A stretch of DNA of 64,000 nucleotides from Lama guanicoe (GCA_013239625.1 MU053196.1:124001-188000); one strand, 5' to 3'. Shown: positions 1 through 13,695, numbered from the stretch's first letter. The notes: generated by a model not told the origin, from the letters alone. A program made the numbers and translations.

Positions 1-97
1 GGATGATAGAAACGCATATCAGAAAGCCAGGTGAAAGCAGAGAACCATCTCAGATAGGGCCTTAATACTTCTCCCTTTTTATTGTCTTTTCAGACAA

Positions 98-211
98 ATG
101 GAAACACTTGACTGTCAGCAGGACGGAGGTGTACCGGGCTCTGTGGCCGAAAGTGAGTCTGCTCACCTGCAGGCGCAGACTGGCCCAAATTCAGCCCCCA
201 CTTTAGCCCAG
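98..211 (+). CDS. CREM: CREM exon B (coding part; exon starts at 94), METLDCQQDG...APTLAQ
   Basis: Pyrimidine tract + CAG acceptor at 91-93, ATG at 98, donor CAG|GTAAAC at 211/212 (phase 0). The peptide resembles the CREM N-terminus METVESQHDG...NSIPALAQ. Confidence 0.93.
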
Positions 212-614
212 GTAAACCCAGTGTGGGCAGCAGGAGGCACCCCGGAAAGCTGGCCTTGTGGGTTCTGTTTTTTTGCATTTGACCTTGAGTTTCCCGTCTC
301 CTGGTTCTCAGCCACCTTACTGATTTGACTTTGTAGCGAAGATAACGTGTTTGAATTACTTTGCGTGAAGGAAAACAAAACCCCTCCTTAGTTTGTAATC
401 CTCAAATTATTATTTGAGAGGGTCGGTGATTCCAAATGGATCCAGTTTTATATTCTTTGCTATAAATATGGCAGAAATCATTTGTCCAGTATATATTTGG
501 TTTAATCTTTACTTTCGTTTTAGTTAACCAATAGGAGTTAGCATTTGTTATTCAGCTCCTAAACTTTATTTCTGGGATATCTATAAAATAGGTGCTAAAA
601 ACAAACGCATCTAT

Positions 615-1160
615 TTAGCTCATCAGATACCTCCTGAGTACCTCCTGTACGGAGGCACTGGTCTGGGGAGATGCATTTCCCAGCTGTAGGTATCGAATGG
701 GCTTAGTGGGGCGGAGATGTTGGAGTGATGATTCCAGCAGTGTGAGAGGCTGGAAGCTGTCACGGAGCAGTGACAGGCGTGGTTGCCCGGAGTGTTTGTA
801 GAGGATTTTACTTTCGGGCTGGACACAGGGTGAGTGGAGGCCGCCAGGTGGACAAGGATCAGGAAGCATGCTGCAGGCCTGGGAAGAGTGCGCAGAGGCC
901 CAGGGGCGGAGAACGGGGTCAGGAACTGTAGTGTTGAGGGCCCGCTTGTCTGGCTGGGAGGTTGAGCTGGTCCAGGTCTGTCCTGAATTCTAAATGTTCT
1001 TGAGATGTCGTCCAGGGTTCATCGTGCTTCAGACCCAGCGGCCGGGTGGGGTTAGACTGGAAGTCAGTGCCCCTGCGTGGTGATGTGGACGAGCAGTAGG
1101 CAGTATCTCAAGAAATAACGGAAAGGGCTGAGGGCTGATCTGAGGGCCAGGGGTCAGGGG
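615..1160 (-). mobile_element. Degenerate L2 LINE fragment
   Basis: tcatcagatacctcctgagtacctcctgtacggaggcactgg resembles the antisense L2 3' end, followed by purine-rich L2-like sequence. Confidence 0.45.
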
Positions 1161-4100
1161 GACTTCCTGCCCTGTCTACCCGACTGGTTCCTGGGAGACC
1201 CTTCTCTCCCAAGGCGCCCCCACCTGCCCTGGGGGCCTCTCCTCACAGGTGGTCCTCCCGCTCCCGCCCCCACCCCCGCCCCTGCTCCCACCCAAGACAG
1301 GCATGCAGGCCTTGGCTCTGTTTTTTAAATGCAGCCTTTTTCTTGTTAAAAAAAAAAATGCACGTTCATTGTAGAAAATTGACAGAATATATATTATTGT
1401 AAAGAAGAAAATTAAAGCTATCTATACTTTTCATATCCAGAAATTTAAGCTTTGTTAGCATTTTGGTATTTATCCTTTAGTCTTTTTATCTGTGTAAACA
1501 GAATGCACACATAATTTTTGGTGAATTTGGGGTCTTCTAGAGTTTTTATAACTATAATTCCTGGCCTTTCATAACTATAATTTTATAGCTATTTATCTTT
1601 TATATAATTTTGTAACTGTCATTCAGCCCTTTTGCTGCACATCTTCCCTCTCCCTTTAGGAAATGGCTCCCTGTCCTCCTGCTCCCAACCTCTGGTCCTG
1701 CACAGTCAGAACGGTAGACCTCAGTATCTAAGAGTGGGGGCCTGCGGCCTGTAGGCCCCCAGCTGTGGGAGCCTCAGTAAGAAGTTGCTGGAGAGGTCAA
1801 GTAATATGAAGTGTGTAAAATAACCTTGGATTTATGAGGTTTTCGAGTTGAATAGGAGTCCAGTGAACAGAAACCAGGTTTCAGTAGGAGAGAGAATAAA
1901 TCAGAGGGAGAGGAAGTGGAAATTGGAAGTATAGATTCTTCAAGCAATTTTTCTGTGAAGTAATAGAGGAAGATGGGTCTGTGAAACAGCAGTGAGACGT
2001 GGGGTGTGGGAAAGTTGGGAGTGTTAAATAGAAGGGGAGATAGAGGTTTATGAGAAGGCTGATCTCAGAACTAGAAGAAGGCTATGGTTTACATTTATAA
2101 TGTTTGCTTCCTTAAAAACCTCAAATGTATCAAATGTTGATAGTCATTAAATCTGGATAGCAAGTTTATGGACTTGCTGTATTATTTTATTGTCTAATAA
2201 ATTGTCTCTGTTTATTTATATATTTTAAATATTTGATCAAAAATAAATTACAGTTTTTATCTTTCACATACTAGGAATGTTAGGAGATTAAGAAGGAATC
2301 TGTATGCTGATTTGTTGATTCTTTTGGTTCAACAAGAGTTATCCTCTGTGGACACGAGACTACGAATCCTCCGTGGATCATGGTTTAGTGAAGAGTTAGG
2401 GCATAGTTCTTAGCAGTCAAAATTTTCTGAACATAATTATTAATTTAGATTCTTGTGATGCCTGAAGCTGTTCATTTATGAGGATTCATCATGTTATGCA
2501 GTATTACGTAGGTGGAGGACTAGGAAATGAAGCTGAAATCTTTATTAAGCCTGTAATGGATGCTCAAACTGATGGGCTTTCCTGAGTAGTTCCCGATGTC
2601 ACCATATGTACTCTCCACTTGCTGCGTTTAAACTCGAGGACTGAATTTCCAGGTGTTTTAGACTTAAATTCAGTTTTGTAACACTTATTTTCCTTTTTAC
2701 TGGTCTAATTATTAAATAGTGTGGGAATAGAAGTGGTGGGTTTGCTCCTTTGCAGCTGGTCGTTCGATGGTGCTAGTTTGGCACACCCTGGCCTTGCTGA
2801 GGCTGCTGCCGGTCATGCTAACTCTGAAAATCATCCCAGTTCCGAAGGTCTGAGTATCGGGCATGCCCCTGGCCTCCCCACGCGGCGGTGGTGACTGACT
2901 GAGGGAGGCAGAGGTGCGTCAGGGGAGGTGGAGCTTTCAGTTTTCAGTGTTTATGTTTCATGACTCCCCAGACACCAGTGGAGCCTTACCCTTCTCTCTG
3001 TGTCCAAAAGTAAATAGAAGTCATGGTGGTGACAGCGTCACAGAGCTGGAAGCTGGGTTGGCAGTCATCGAGGTTGAGTGTTGTGACTTGGTTTTCTTTC
3101 TGCCTGAGTTATTTTTTATGCTGATTTATTTTTAATTAAGCTGGTATCTTGTCTGTTTATGTTGATATATAAGAATAGATTCTGCCCCCCTCTCCACCTC
3201 GGGAAATTCTTGGTGATAAAGTGGAGAGTCTATTTTAAATAACCAAGCCAGGAGGAAACCCTTTCCAAAAGCCAAAATGGTGAAAAGCAAAATTACTATA
3301 TATACAAGTAGTTTTTAAAGGCACACTTAGAGCCTTTGGAAATAATATGATCCTTCGGTGGGTAGCGGGAAGTTACTTCTTTGGTGGTGGAAGACTTCAG
3401 ACATATGCAGGGGTAGAATAATACTCCGACATATATGTAGATATCTAATAATTATTAAGATTTCATAGCACTTGCTTCATTCATCTTTTTTCTTTTTGTT
3501 GAAGTACTTTAAGCGGCTCTACGGATCTCAGACACCCTGTCATGCTGGGTTTGCTACTCTTAAAGGATTGTGGAGTTTTTCTTATTTGGCTGAATGTCAT
3601 GACTGTACTTAATAAAATTGAGCTTAATTCCATGGCGTAATATGGGCTCCCCATTTATCTCACAAACGCGAGGTCTGGTCTGAAAGCAGCAGTGATGGCA
3701 CCCTGAGTGCTTCCGTTCTGTGTCTCTTGGGGACTTGCAGCACCGCCTGGAGGGTCTGGGTGCGCGAGGCCATCCCGAGGGAGCCTGGGAGACGGTAAGC
3801 TGTCCCGAGCGCCAGGTCTCGCAGCTAACGGCACAGCCGGTGGCCTGAGGGTGACTCCTCACTCTGAAGGCTGACAGACTCTGCTTTGTAAATGACCGGT
3901 TCCCACAGTTTGGGCAGAGATGGGGAGGAGAGTGTGAGGAGCAGAATCGAGGTCATAGAGCTGGAGGGGAGCTCCATGGCTTCAGGGTCCAGGGACGCCT
4001 TGGGGACTAGTTCTCATATGAAGCCTAAGCTTCCCGAGGACCGAGTATTTTGGACACACGGAGATGGGCGGCCACTGGGGAACGCTGTCCAGGGGTTATA

Positions 4101-5820
4101 CACCGCGCACCTGCTTTCCCGTCCTCTCTGCTCTAACGCAAGCAGTTTGTAGGGGGGCACCTGGGGGAACGCAGTGAGGGGCTGAAACACGATGACTCAG
4201 CCATGTGGGTCTCCATGCACGACCCACGTGTTTTCTGTTTCAAACTGGTGGAAAACTGGAATGGCATTCCTCGTCGCTTTGGCCAGCTGTGGCTAAAATC
4301 CGTCTCCTTGGTCCTGAGTAGGACCAGGAAAGGTGTGGATGGCTATCAGAAGACAAAACAAGCAGTATTTGGTCAGCAACATATTTGTATATGAAATAAG
4401 TTCTGCATCGTGTTAGGTTGACTTGGTGTATTTACTGTCGGCTAAGTACGTCTAGTTCAAGCACAGTGTGAATTGAATCTTGTTTTTTAACCTCAGTGTG
4501 CTCATTTCCCGACTTAAGGGGCTCTTACTGAAAGAGAAAATGTTCCTGTTAAGATTTTGAAATAAAAATTTTCATTTTACTGTTGGCTTTCTATTGCTCC
4601 TTAATTTTATGTATTCTTTCCCCTGGTTATTTTTAATTGCCCTAATTTTTTTTAACATTATGTTTGTATACACTTAGAATTAACACTAAAAATTAACGAA
4701 AGTTGGGAGGGAAAAGTAACATTGAATTTTTCTCAGTAAATGCTAAATCTTTATTGTTACTTAGTCAACTAATTCAATGAAATATACTGCTTTGAAATGT
4801 AACTCATTCTTGAAGGTAATTCAGGGTTTAAGGGATATAAAGTAAAAGTAATTTGTGAACTGCTAATATTAGTGACCCTCCTCCCTTTTTCAGGGAGAAA
4901 AATTAGCTAAAGGCATTGTCTTTGAAAGCATGAAGAACTCTTAATTTTAACTGCTCATCACTGATCATCACAGTACTATTGGAAGTATTATCAAAATAGA
5001 CTATGGAATTAAGAATGACTAGATTTTGGTATTTGCTTTGCTTTCAGGAGGGGAATTTTCTTGAAGAGATATCATATTTGGCCATTTATAATTACAATAC
5101 CAGAAACAGATAACCACTTCTCTCTTTTTAAATTCAGACCATAGGTTTCAGACAGAATTTGTTTATCTCCTGCACACAGAGAGGACTCAGGGCCCCACTG
5201 CAGTCCTCGTTAGGTTTTAACAGAGCAGACATGTAAATACCAGTCTGACGTGGCTAGCTCTGTCTGTGCTTTCAGCTGATATTTGCAAGGTAAAAGTAGG
5301 TAAAATTTAACTCCACTGATTTTTTTGCAATTTGTTAGCCACACTGTTTAAAAAAAACTCAGTGGGAAAGACAAACACTGAAGACACTAAAATGATACTG
5401 ATTCTACATTTTTCATTTTGTCTTTACTTAGCACAATTAAATACAGCTTTTTAAAAAGTGAAATATTTTGCATCTTGATGAAAATGTTCACATTTGTAAT
5501 ATTAGTTTCTTGTTTTCAGCCTTAACAATATTTGAAATATTCTTTAAACCCTTTTTCCGTAGAAGAAACAGACTCTTTTGGGAATCCTGTCTTAATACAC
5601 AGAAATCAAGTTTTCCACCTTCTCGTGCAGAGTGTTAGTGGGCTTTCATTGTAGTCCTTGAGATTAAAATAGGTAATCTATAGATCTGAGTTCTATAGGC
5701 AGCAGAGTTGATAGTAAAATCTGCTATACCGTGAATTCACATTTTTCATCCTTTATTAACTGTCTTACACACAGGCTCAGTGGCTCTGTGACATGGGCAG
5801 CTGCTCTGTGACACCATAAG

Positions 5821-6027
5821 CCCCGTCATAAGGGAACCTAGCGACGGACTGGAGCCAGTCCACTGGGTGTTGATCAAATGCCGTGGTACCACATTGTGAG
5901 CTTTCCCCAGTTATAACTGTCGCTACCAGAGTTTTTAAATTGCAAAGCCAAGTCAGGCCATCAGTTGCGTCATCTTAAGTTATCATTTCTTCTGACTGAC
6001 TACTGTCTGTTGTGGGGTTTCCGGTGA
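5821..6027 (+). promoter_or_regulatory. CREM: Putative P4 promoter / 5'UTR of the theta2 leader exon, with CRE-like sites
   Basis: CGTCA half-site at 5824-5828 and TTGCGTCA at 5965-5972, directly upstream of the theta2 ATG. Confidence 0.55.
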
Positions 6028-6105
6028 ATGTGGTGGCATCGGCATAACCTGTGTTCCAGTCGCCCTGTAGAAAGAGATTATTCTTCAGGAGGTCTGCAAA
6101 AGAAG
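6028..6105 (+). CDS. CREM: CREM alternative leader exon theta2, MWWHRHNLCSSRPVERDYSSGGLQKK
   Basis: 26 codons from ATG 6028 to donor AAG|GTAAAG, phase 0 and in frame with exon C. It resembles the recalled human isoform start MWWHQHNLCFRRPIEEDYSSGDVEEK. Too short for the ORF track. Confidence 0.85.
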
Positions 6106-7842
6106 GTAAAGTAGGTCTGCTGTGAGTCCATTTCACGCACTGTTAAAGCCTCACAAAAGGGTATAAACTATGAAGCATAAAATGCTCCATCTTATGTCTC
6201 TGCTTTTGAGCAGCTGCCCACTTGATCATTGGATGATGATGGTACTCATGTGTCTCCCCAAGGCTGTCTTCCCCTCTTTTCTTTTGGGCTTTTTGGGCAA
6301 ATGTTCTCTCCTCTGGGGAGCTTTCCACAGCAGGTGTACTTCATTTAGCTTCCTTCCACCCTCCCCCCACCACCTTGCCAGTTACCTTACTTTATTTTTC
6401 TGTTAAGAATTTAGCACCACCCCAAATCATATTTGTCTCGTCATCAGTTTTCTGTCTCCTTCTGATCTGGGAGCTGAGACTTCTCTTGTTACCTGCTGTA
6501 TCCCCATTGTCTAGACGGGTCCACAGGGCAGGACACTTAGTCAATAAAAGAATGAGTTAATTCGTACTTGTGACTTGTTTCTGTGAGATTTCCTTATTGG
6601 AGTCTTGGAGTTTGATGCTTATGAGGAAGATTTTTCTCCTTCCACCTGAAGTATGCACACTTTAGTTCAAGTGAGCTGAGTTTCGTGTTCCACACAGCAG
6701 TCTTCAGGAGAGACGCCCTCCTCTTCTCTTCCTGGGGCTTCTTGAGAATTCTGTTCGTGCCCCAGGAACAGAGTAATCACAGTGCTCTGTCTAGACAGCT
6801 GTCTCCAGTCTTTCTCCCGTCTTTATTTGCTGTCTGAGCTTGAGCCAGCATCTGTCCATCCTCTGCGCCTGGTTGCCTCCCATTGCTTTCAGCCTACAAC
6901 TGACCCTGCCACCTTGCACACAAACAAAAAGCTGCTTCTTCATTGTCCGTTTTTGGCCTTGGGGCCACCTCGCGCGTTCCTACCCCTGAGCACCGTAGCC
7001 TTCTCCAAGGGCACTCTGTAGTCCGCGTAGAGTAATACGGTAATAGTGCTCAGAGGTTAAAGGTGAGGAGCCACATGACGTTTTCTGTGAATAATGATGA
7101 AGTTTGTCCTTTAACTCTGCCAATACAGTTATAAGCTTAATGCTGGTCACTTAGCAGTTTTGGCAAAACTAGTGAGGATGGAGAAAGCCTGGCAGCTCTA
7201 GGTCTAAGGGTTTTGCTGTTGGTGGTGAGGACACATTGGAATTGTAACTTTAGGGCACGTCACTTGGGCTGCTTCTCAGCCTCTAATTAATGAAAGAGTG
7301 GTCCCGGGGACTTTCGTATTGCCCAGAGTTGGACACATGGTGTTCACTGTGGCTCCAGATTCGTGTAACTCATCTCCAGAATTGTATGCGTATAGTTTCG
7401 TACTAGTGGGAACAGCTCCGTTCTATAGCAGGTTTCCTTGACACTAAGCCATTTTGATAGCTCACTGCTTAATCATTTAAAATCCTGAAAATTATACTTG
7501 AAAAATAATCAAAGCAAGTGAAGGCATGATTTATACTTATCAAAACTCTATAATTCTTCCTGGAGTTGATCTTCTCAGTCTCCGATGTCTCTGAAGCTGG
7601 GGCATTCCGCCACAGACATGAGTGGGGCCCTGTCTGCATTTGGGCCCCCAGGTCTGGTTTGCGAGGACGCTTGCATGTGCTACCGTGGGATACAGTTCAT
7701 ACTCTGCTTCGCTCAGTCTTTGATACGTGGATGCTCCGTCAGGATTACTGGATGTGCTGCTGTGGCCGGGCAGAAACCGCAGCCTGCGTCAGCACTTTGC
7801 CCTCTGAGCTGTGAGCAGAGCCTGGGGCTGCGTGAGGCCAGA

Positions 7843-9459
7843 GCAGTGGTTTTCAAAGTGGGGTGCCTGGAACCCTGGGGGGAGACTCCAAGGACTTGGT
7901 ATGTTCCAAATAACTACTGTATGATGTTGCAAAGTCATGCCTGGAGGTTTGTGAGGACAAAACTGTCTTCACAATCATGCTAAGATTTCTTTCTCTTTTA
8001 TCTCTGTATTGGCGTTTGCCCTGATGGTGCAGAAACAGCAGGGGGTAAGCCTGTTGGCGCCTCAGCACAGTCAAGTCAGTGGCACAAAACCGCATCCAGT
8101 TCCAGTTGAAAAAAAAGCCCCTGATGAACCAGTAAATGTTACCGATTGAGTTAAATCTTGAGACTCAGGTACATGTTGTCTTCATATTCTGTGCTGTGAA
8201 ACTGGGACGTTCATAGAAGCATTCTCGTGCCTCCTGGAGACTGATGGTGTTCTTGAGAAAAAACACTTGAGTTATTGTCTGAGTGGCAACATGAACTAGC
8301 TGTGTTTTTTCCCCACAGAACATAATTTTTCTTGAAACAATGGCAAATAGCCAAACTGTGGCTGTTCAATTCAAGTATTTGAAAAACATTTTCCCCAAAG
8401 CAAATGAAGTCATAAGCTTGTCACTTCAAGGAAAACAATTAACAATGTTTATTGCCAATGATAGAACTCAAGCTTTTAAATGGAAGTTTTGAGTTTTGGA
8501 AAACCTGCACCTGTCATTTTGAGCTTGACAGTGCCCCAGTATTTATCGTCTTCTGATGAAACTGATGTTGATTTAATGAATGTGATTTTTGGATAGTATA
8601 TCATGAAATGTGTCAGCATTTGGGAGGCCTACTTAATTCAGTGAGCCAGTATTTTCTTAGTAATGACCACATGATGTTCCAAAATCATACCTGGCTAAAG
8701 AGCTATCCAAAGTATAAGACAGACCAGTGGATTTTGACATAACTGATCGGTTTTCAGATTCCACATGGCAGCTAACATTAAGAGACAACCGCTTGCTGAG
8801 TTTGGGTGTAGTATCACAGAAGAATGTCCACATTTTTCTGAAAAAGCGATTGAAATACTCCTCCTTTCCCAAGCATATCTCTGTGGAAGGCGTCTTCTCT
8901 TCACGTACTGACTAAAACAACACCTTGCAACTGATTCAGTGCAGAAATAGGTATGAAAATCTAGTTGTTTTCAGTTAAACCAGACATTAAAAGAATTTGA
9001 AAAATGTAAAACATTGACACTCTTGTCACGAATTATTTTGTTTTGGAAAATAATTCATCTTCATAAAATGTCATTGATGTTAGCATGTGATGGAATTATT
9101 ATCATTATTTTAAAATGAGTTACTAAATATTTAAAAACTTCTCAGAGTTGATTTCTGATGTGGCAAATGTCAGTGCACATAAGCAGTGGTGACTTGGGAG
9201 AGCTGGTAGTGCACACCCTTTGCAGTTTGGTGTCCGGTGACATCGCTGGGAGCTGAGAAATCTGCTGTAGTGGCAGTGTTCACGTTACACAGGCCGCAAA
9301 CGTTACACACAGTGTTCTGTCTTCCCAGGAGCTGGCTGCAGACATTTACAGGCGTTTATCCTGCTGGATGTACATTACATGAACAGAGGTTCTTTGAGGT
9401 CATCAGTAGTTTTTCAGAGTGTAAAGTGTCCTGAGGCTAAAAAGTCTGAGCTTTAGTTG
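7843..9459 (+). mobile_element. hAT-Charlie (Charlie1-like) DNA transposon fossil
   Basis: 5' end CAGTGGTTTTCAAAGTG, internal decayed transposase-like sequence (gtcacttcaaggaaaacaa...tttattgccaatgat), 3' end gagtgtaaagtgtcctgaggctaaaaagtctgag. Confidence 0.7.
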
Positions 9460-9578
9460 TGTGGCAGAGGAATACCTTTTGGCAGTTGGTTCACAAGGAG
9501 GTGGATGCCTGTTTGTAATTCACACGGAATTGCCTTTTGTGCTGGAAACATTTGTACAACAAATCCAATGGTTTTTAA

Positions 9579-9671
9579 TATTTGTTTTTTTTTTGAATGG
9601 AGATACTGGGGATAGAACCAGGACCTCGTGCATGCTAAGCATGTGCTCTACCACTGAGCTGTATCCTCCCC
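9579..9671 (-). mobile_element. tRNA-derived SINE (camelid Vic-1-like) with target-site duplication
   Basis: Reverse strand shows A box tacagctcagtggtagagc, a B-box region and an A tail. TSD caaatcca(a/g)tggtttttaa at 9560-9578 and 9672-9690. Confidence 0.88.
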
Positions 9672-11145
9672 CAAATCCAGTGGTTTTTAAACTTCCGGGT
9701 GTTAAATCTGCTGGCTCCATCATGGAGGAACCCTTTTCTTTTCCCTAAAATCTAAATAGGCAGTGGTACTCTAGGGTAGGCGGGCTGAACCTGCTTCTTG
9801 AGCTATATGTTGGGTGCCCCTGGCCTGGCTTCCCACGTTTCTTTCCCCTGGTGTCCAGGCTGCAGCAAGGCCCCCACCCGTGGTTCAGGCTGCACTGCCC
9901 TTTCTGGCCTGTGGTTTTCATGACCTGGCCAGCAGAGCAGTTCGTTCCACAGTGTGTGTGTGTGCTATTGTTTCTCAGGTGTTGGTCTTAGCAATTCTGT
10001 TTCTACCCTAGTGCACCTAATTCAATGCTCTCCGCATAGGTTCCCTCTCACGGATGAAAGAGTTTGTTCTTTTGGATTGCCAAAGACGTGTGCCTTCCAA
10101 GGGAATGATGTCGTAAATAAACCTAATTCATGTAAACCCAGTTTTGAGTACTTTTTAAAAAGTATTAATGTAAATAGTTTGGAAATGACTGGTTTTCCTT
10201 AAAGTGAGGCTTTCCCGCAGAGGCTTTCTTGAAAATGTTTTAGCTTCTGTGCTTTCCTACCACTCACGATAGAAAACAGTAGCCTCCTTCATTTCCAAAG
10301 TCTTTGACTGTTTTGAGCAAGTCATAATGAAGAGTGAAACTCAGTAGAACGAGGCAGAGTTTCTAAGATTACTCTGGCCCATAGGAGTGAGTTATTTACA
10401 AACTAGAAACTTGGCAGGTTTTGAAGTCCAGAGGAGTGAAGGTTTATTGTGTTCTGCGCAGGGATCTTTGTCAAAGGCACCCAGGGTAGCCGGGAAGTGG
10501 TGGCCCTCTCCTCCCGTGTGAGCTCGGGAAGCTTCTGGGCCTCTCTGGATGCTGGGGCGTGGGGAGGGGGCTTTCTCTGGTTCAGAGACGCTGGGGGCAT
10601 GAGAGGTCCTGGGGTTTTTTTGGCCGGGGCCTTTTTTGCGACTACAGGGGCACAAGAGTAATGGCAGTTTTCATCAGTATAGAGATGAGGCATCAGCTGG
10701 TATCTGGAAGTCTAGCCACTGTAATATATGTAACAAGTTTCATTTATTAAGAAACAATGTACCATGTTTAAGTTCTGCCTCTAATTTCTCTCTAGAAGTA
10801 GAGGGTGGCTTATACTCTGGCCTAAAGAAGGCTTCACTTCTTGGTAGCCGTGCAGTCCTAGTGAGGTAGTTTAACTGCTTTAGAACCTCATGCTTGGAAC
10901 ATTCTTAGCCACCGAAGCATGGGACCCGAAAGTGAGGAGCATGGGTTCTTTAGTATGTGTCACATCAGGGGATGACCGTTCCAGGACAGTAACCATCTCC
11001 TAATGGTAAGGACCCTGGCTTGCCTGCCATTTCTTAGAAGCAGGGAAACCAGGCCAGTCCTAACAGTGAATGGTGTCTCTTTAAGAAAAATGGAAAGGGC
11101 GAAGAGAAGGTCCAGCCTTAATCCTCCACGATGATCACTTTGCAG

Positions 11146-11292
11146 GTTTCTGTAGCTGGACCAGGCACCGGAAGAGGCTCCCCCAGTGTGACTCTGGTAC
11201 AGTTACCTTCGGGCCAGACTGTCCATGTCCAGGAAGTAATTCAGACACCACAGCCATCGAGCACCCTGTCACCACAGATACAGGCGGTGCAG
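11146..11292 (+). CDS. CREM: CREM exon C (glutamine-rich Q1 cassette exon, 147 nt)
   Basis: TTTGCAG acceptor and CAG|GTCAGC donor. Encodes VSVAGPGTGRGSPSVTLVQLPSGQTVHVQEVIQTPQPSSTLSPQIQAVQ. Confidence 0.95.
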
Positions 11293-13452
11293 GTCAGCTT
11301 CCTTCCCGGGTGATCAGCCTTTGACCTCCTTGAGCTTTTTTTTTTCTTTTACTAATCCATTTATCATCATTTTCTTTGTGTAGCTTTTATGCTCAAATAC
11401 CACTGTGAAGCGCTTGGAGGGGTTTCCTCCTTGTGTGCGAGGTGCACTGGGCTGGGCGGGCTGCACGGATCTGACTTGGGTTGCGGTCTCCTTTTCGGCT
11501 CCGAGTCACTCTGCTTTACGCTGTTGCTCTGGGCTCAAACTCAGTGTGTCAGCTGAGCTCTCCAGAGGTGCTGGGAAGTACTTGGAGGATTCTCCGGCAA
11601 TGTCTGATGCGCATGGTGACATGAGGTCTGCAGCACTGATGCCCCCTGCCGCCGACACTCACGGTAGTGGGTGGACGTTTAGGTTCATTGTTAATTCGGT
11701 GTGTGTGACGTGATCCTGTTGTTTCCCTGCTGTTATGTTCGTATGTCAGATTAAACCTTGGTTTTTTTAAGACACGGTTAGTGTTGTGGTTGTGAACCAG
11801 AGATGTAGTTTTTTATTTATTAATATCAAAGTTGGTCATAAATGCTTAACATTTCTTGAAGCCAAAACATTTTTGGCATCAATAGATGTGAATTATTAAG
11901 TGTGCATTTTTTTTAAAGCATACTTTTCTCTTTTGCTGAATTTATTTCTGTTCCTTTTTAAGATCTGTTACTATCATTTAAATGTTTAAATTATTTGAAC
12001 CTAATTGCTGACAAAAAGATGCTGAGGAAAATGTAGCTGCTTACAGTCTTGTCCTTTTCGTGCAAGTTGAACCCGGTTCTTTGTGGGATGGGCTGAGGCC
12101 TGCAACGCGGCACTGGAAGCAGTCCCCATGTGCCTTAAGGCTTGGTTAGCTCTCGGTGTGGTGGTCTTTCTCGTCGTTTGGAAGCGTAGGAACGAGCCTC
12201 AGTGTTGTCTTTTTTTTGGGGGATGACCTTTGTTTGATTCTGGGAGTTTCTGACTCTTTCTGACCCTAATTATCAAGCAAGAAGGCCTTTGCACTCTCCT
12301 TGTGTTACGACTTTCACTGAGTGCAGATGTCTCCACCTGGTTTTCACCTGGCGGGTTCCCATCCTCAGTAGGCTCTTCTGGATTTTGCTAAATGGATGAT
12401 TTAATTGTGTTAGAGATAGGTGCCTGTGGATCTTGTTTCAGAATTCCTACCTGTTGAATGATAAACTTCAGTTTTTACTTTCTAAAGTCACAGCCGCACG
12501 AGGAGGCTGCTGTGATTATATGAGAGATGTGTGAAAGCCCAGCATGAAGTGGTGACTAGCAGGTGGTGAGGTGTGGTTGTCTGATTGCAACATTTTCTCT
12601 AACAGCTTCTACTCATGGGTGATAGTGCTTGTGTGTGGGGTGTCCACCACCAGAGGCGCACTGTCAAGCATGCAGGTGAACACCTGTGCACAGCCGTGTG
12701 CCTTGGGAAGTACATCCTCCTGCTTGCACTTTTGGTACTTTAGTAAGCTCTTTTGATTGTGCCCAAATCAAATGCCCACGTAAGTGTGATAAGTAAACTG
12801 AGTTTTATGCTAGGCCCTGAGTAATAAGTGGCTGAATGTACTGAGAGCAGTCGTGTTGTAAAGAGGCCATTAGTTCAGTTTTCTGACTTTCTTTAATAAC
12901 CATGTTATTATATTATATTATTACTTGAAAAGTGAACTCATGCTTAAAACTGGGATCTTTCTTTTAAGGAGTAATTCCTTATTTTGACTTTCAAGACCAA
13001 GCCCCAGCCCACTTCTTAAAGGTAAAGCCTGACTTTAACCAGGCTTGTTGTGTGTTCATCTGCTTAAACAAGTTGCTTCTTCCACAGACGTATCCAGGGT
13101 ATAGCCTGGAGACCCACCTCAGGTCAGCAGTGGTGCTATGAAACCGAGACTCTCCTGCTGTCGTGGCCAGCGGCCCCGGCTGGATTCATGAGAGTGTTCC
13201 CAGGGCTGGATCTTAGGTCTTAAGTCCCTACATCTAGTGCTTTCCTGTGAAGGCTCGCCTGACATTTGTGTTTCTGCGGCACCTGTACGCGGCCGTCCCA
13301 GGCCCGCCGGCTGGCCCTGCAGCCTGGGTGCTGGGGTCCGTGTGCGCCCGACTCGGTGCGCCGGCCTGGTGCCGCACTGAGACCCTGGGCCCTGGGCCGT
13401 GAGTGAGACAGCGCGGATTTCGCATTGCATTCCAGGAACTCTTGTGTTGTAG

Positions 13453-13550
13453 GTAGTAGCCGTCGCAGAGGCTGATGACTCTGCAGAATCGGAAGGTGTA
13501 ACTGACTCTCAGAAACGGAGAGAAATCCTTTCACGAAGACCCTCTTATAG
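13453..13550 (+). CDS. CREM: CREM exon E (kinase-inducible domain, first half; PKA site RRPSY, Ser codon 13543-13545)
   Basis: TTGTAG acceptor and TAG|GTAAGT donor, 98 nt. Encodes VVAVAEADDSAESEGVTDSQKRREILSRRPSY(R). Confidence 0.97.
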
Positions 13551-13695
13551 GTAAGTTAAGTCATGATACTGTCATGATACTTTTTCCAAAAAGGGAGAAT
13601 AATTGTGCATCAAATGGGTTCTCCCGTTGTAGCTTTTTCTGCTTTAAATCTCATTCATGCATCTTAATCATTTATACTGTCAAATTATATTTTAG

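Noticed and set aside
2880..3870. Possible CREM psi or other minor exon in intron B-C (CGTCA half-sites, donor-like ACG|GTAAGC near 3795)
   Set aside because: I could not define both exon borders or recognise the sequence.
13453..13459. Tandem acceptors (TAG GTAG TAG) at exon E
   Set aside because: The +4 and +7 AGs shift the reading frame, so they are unlikely to give productive isoforms.
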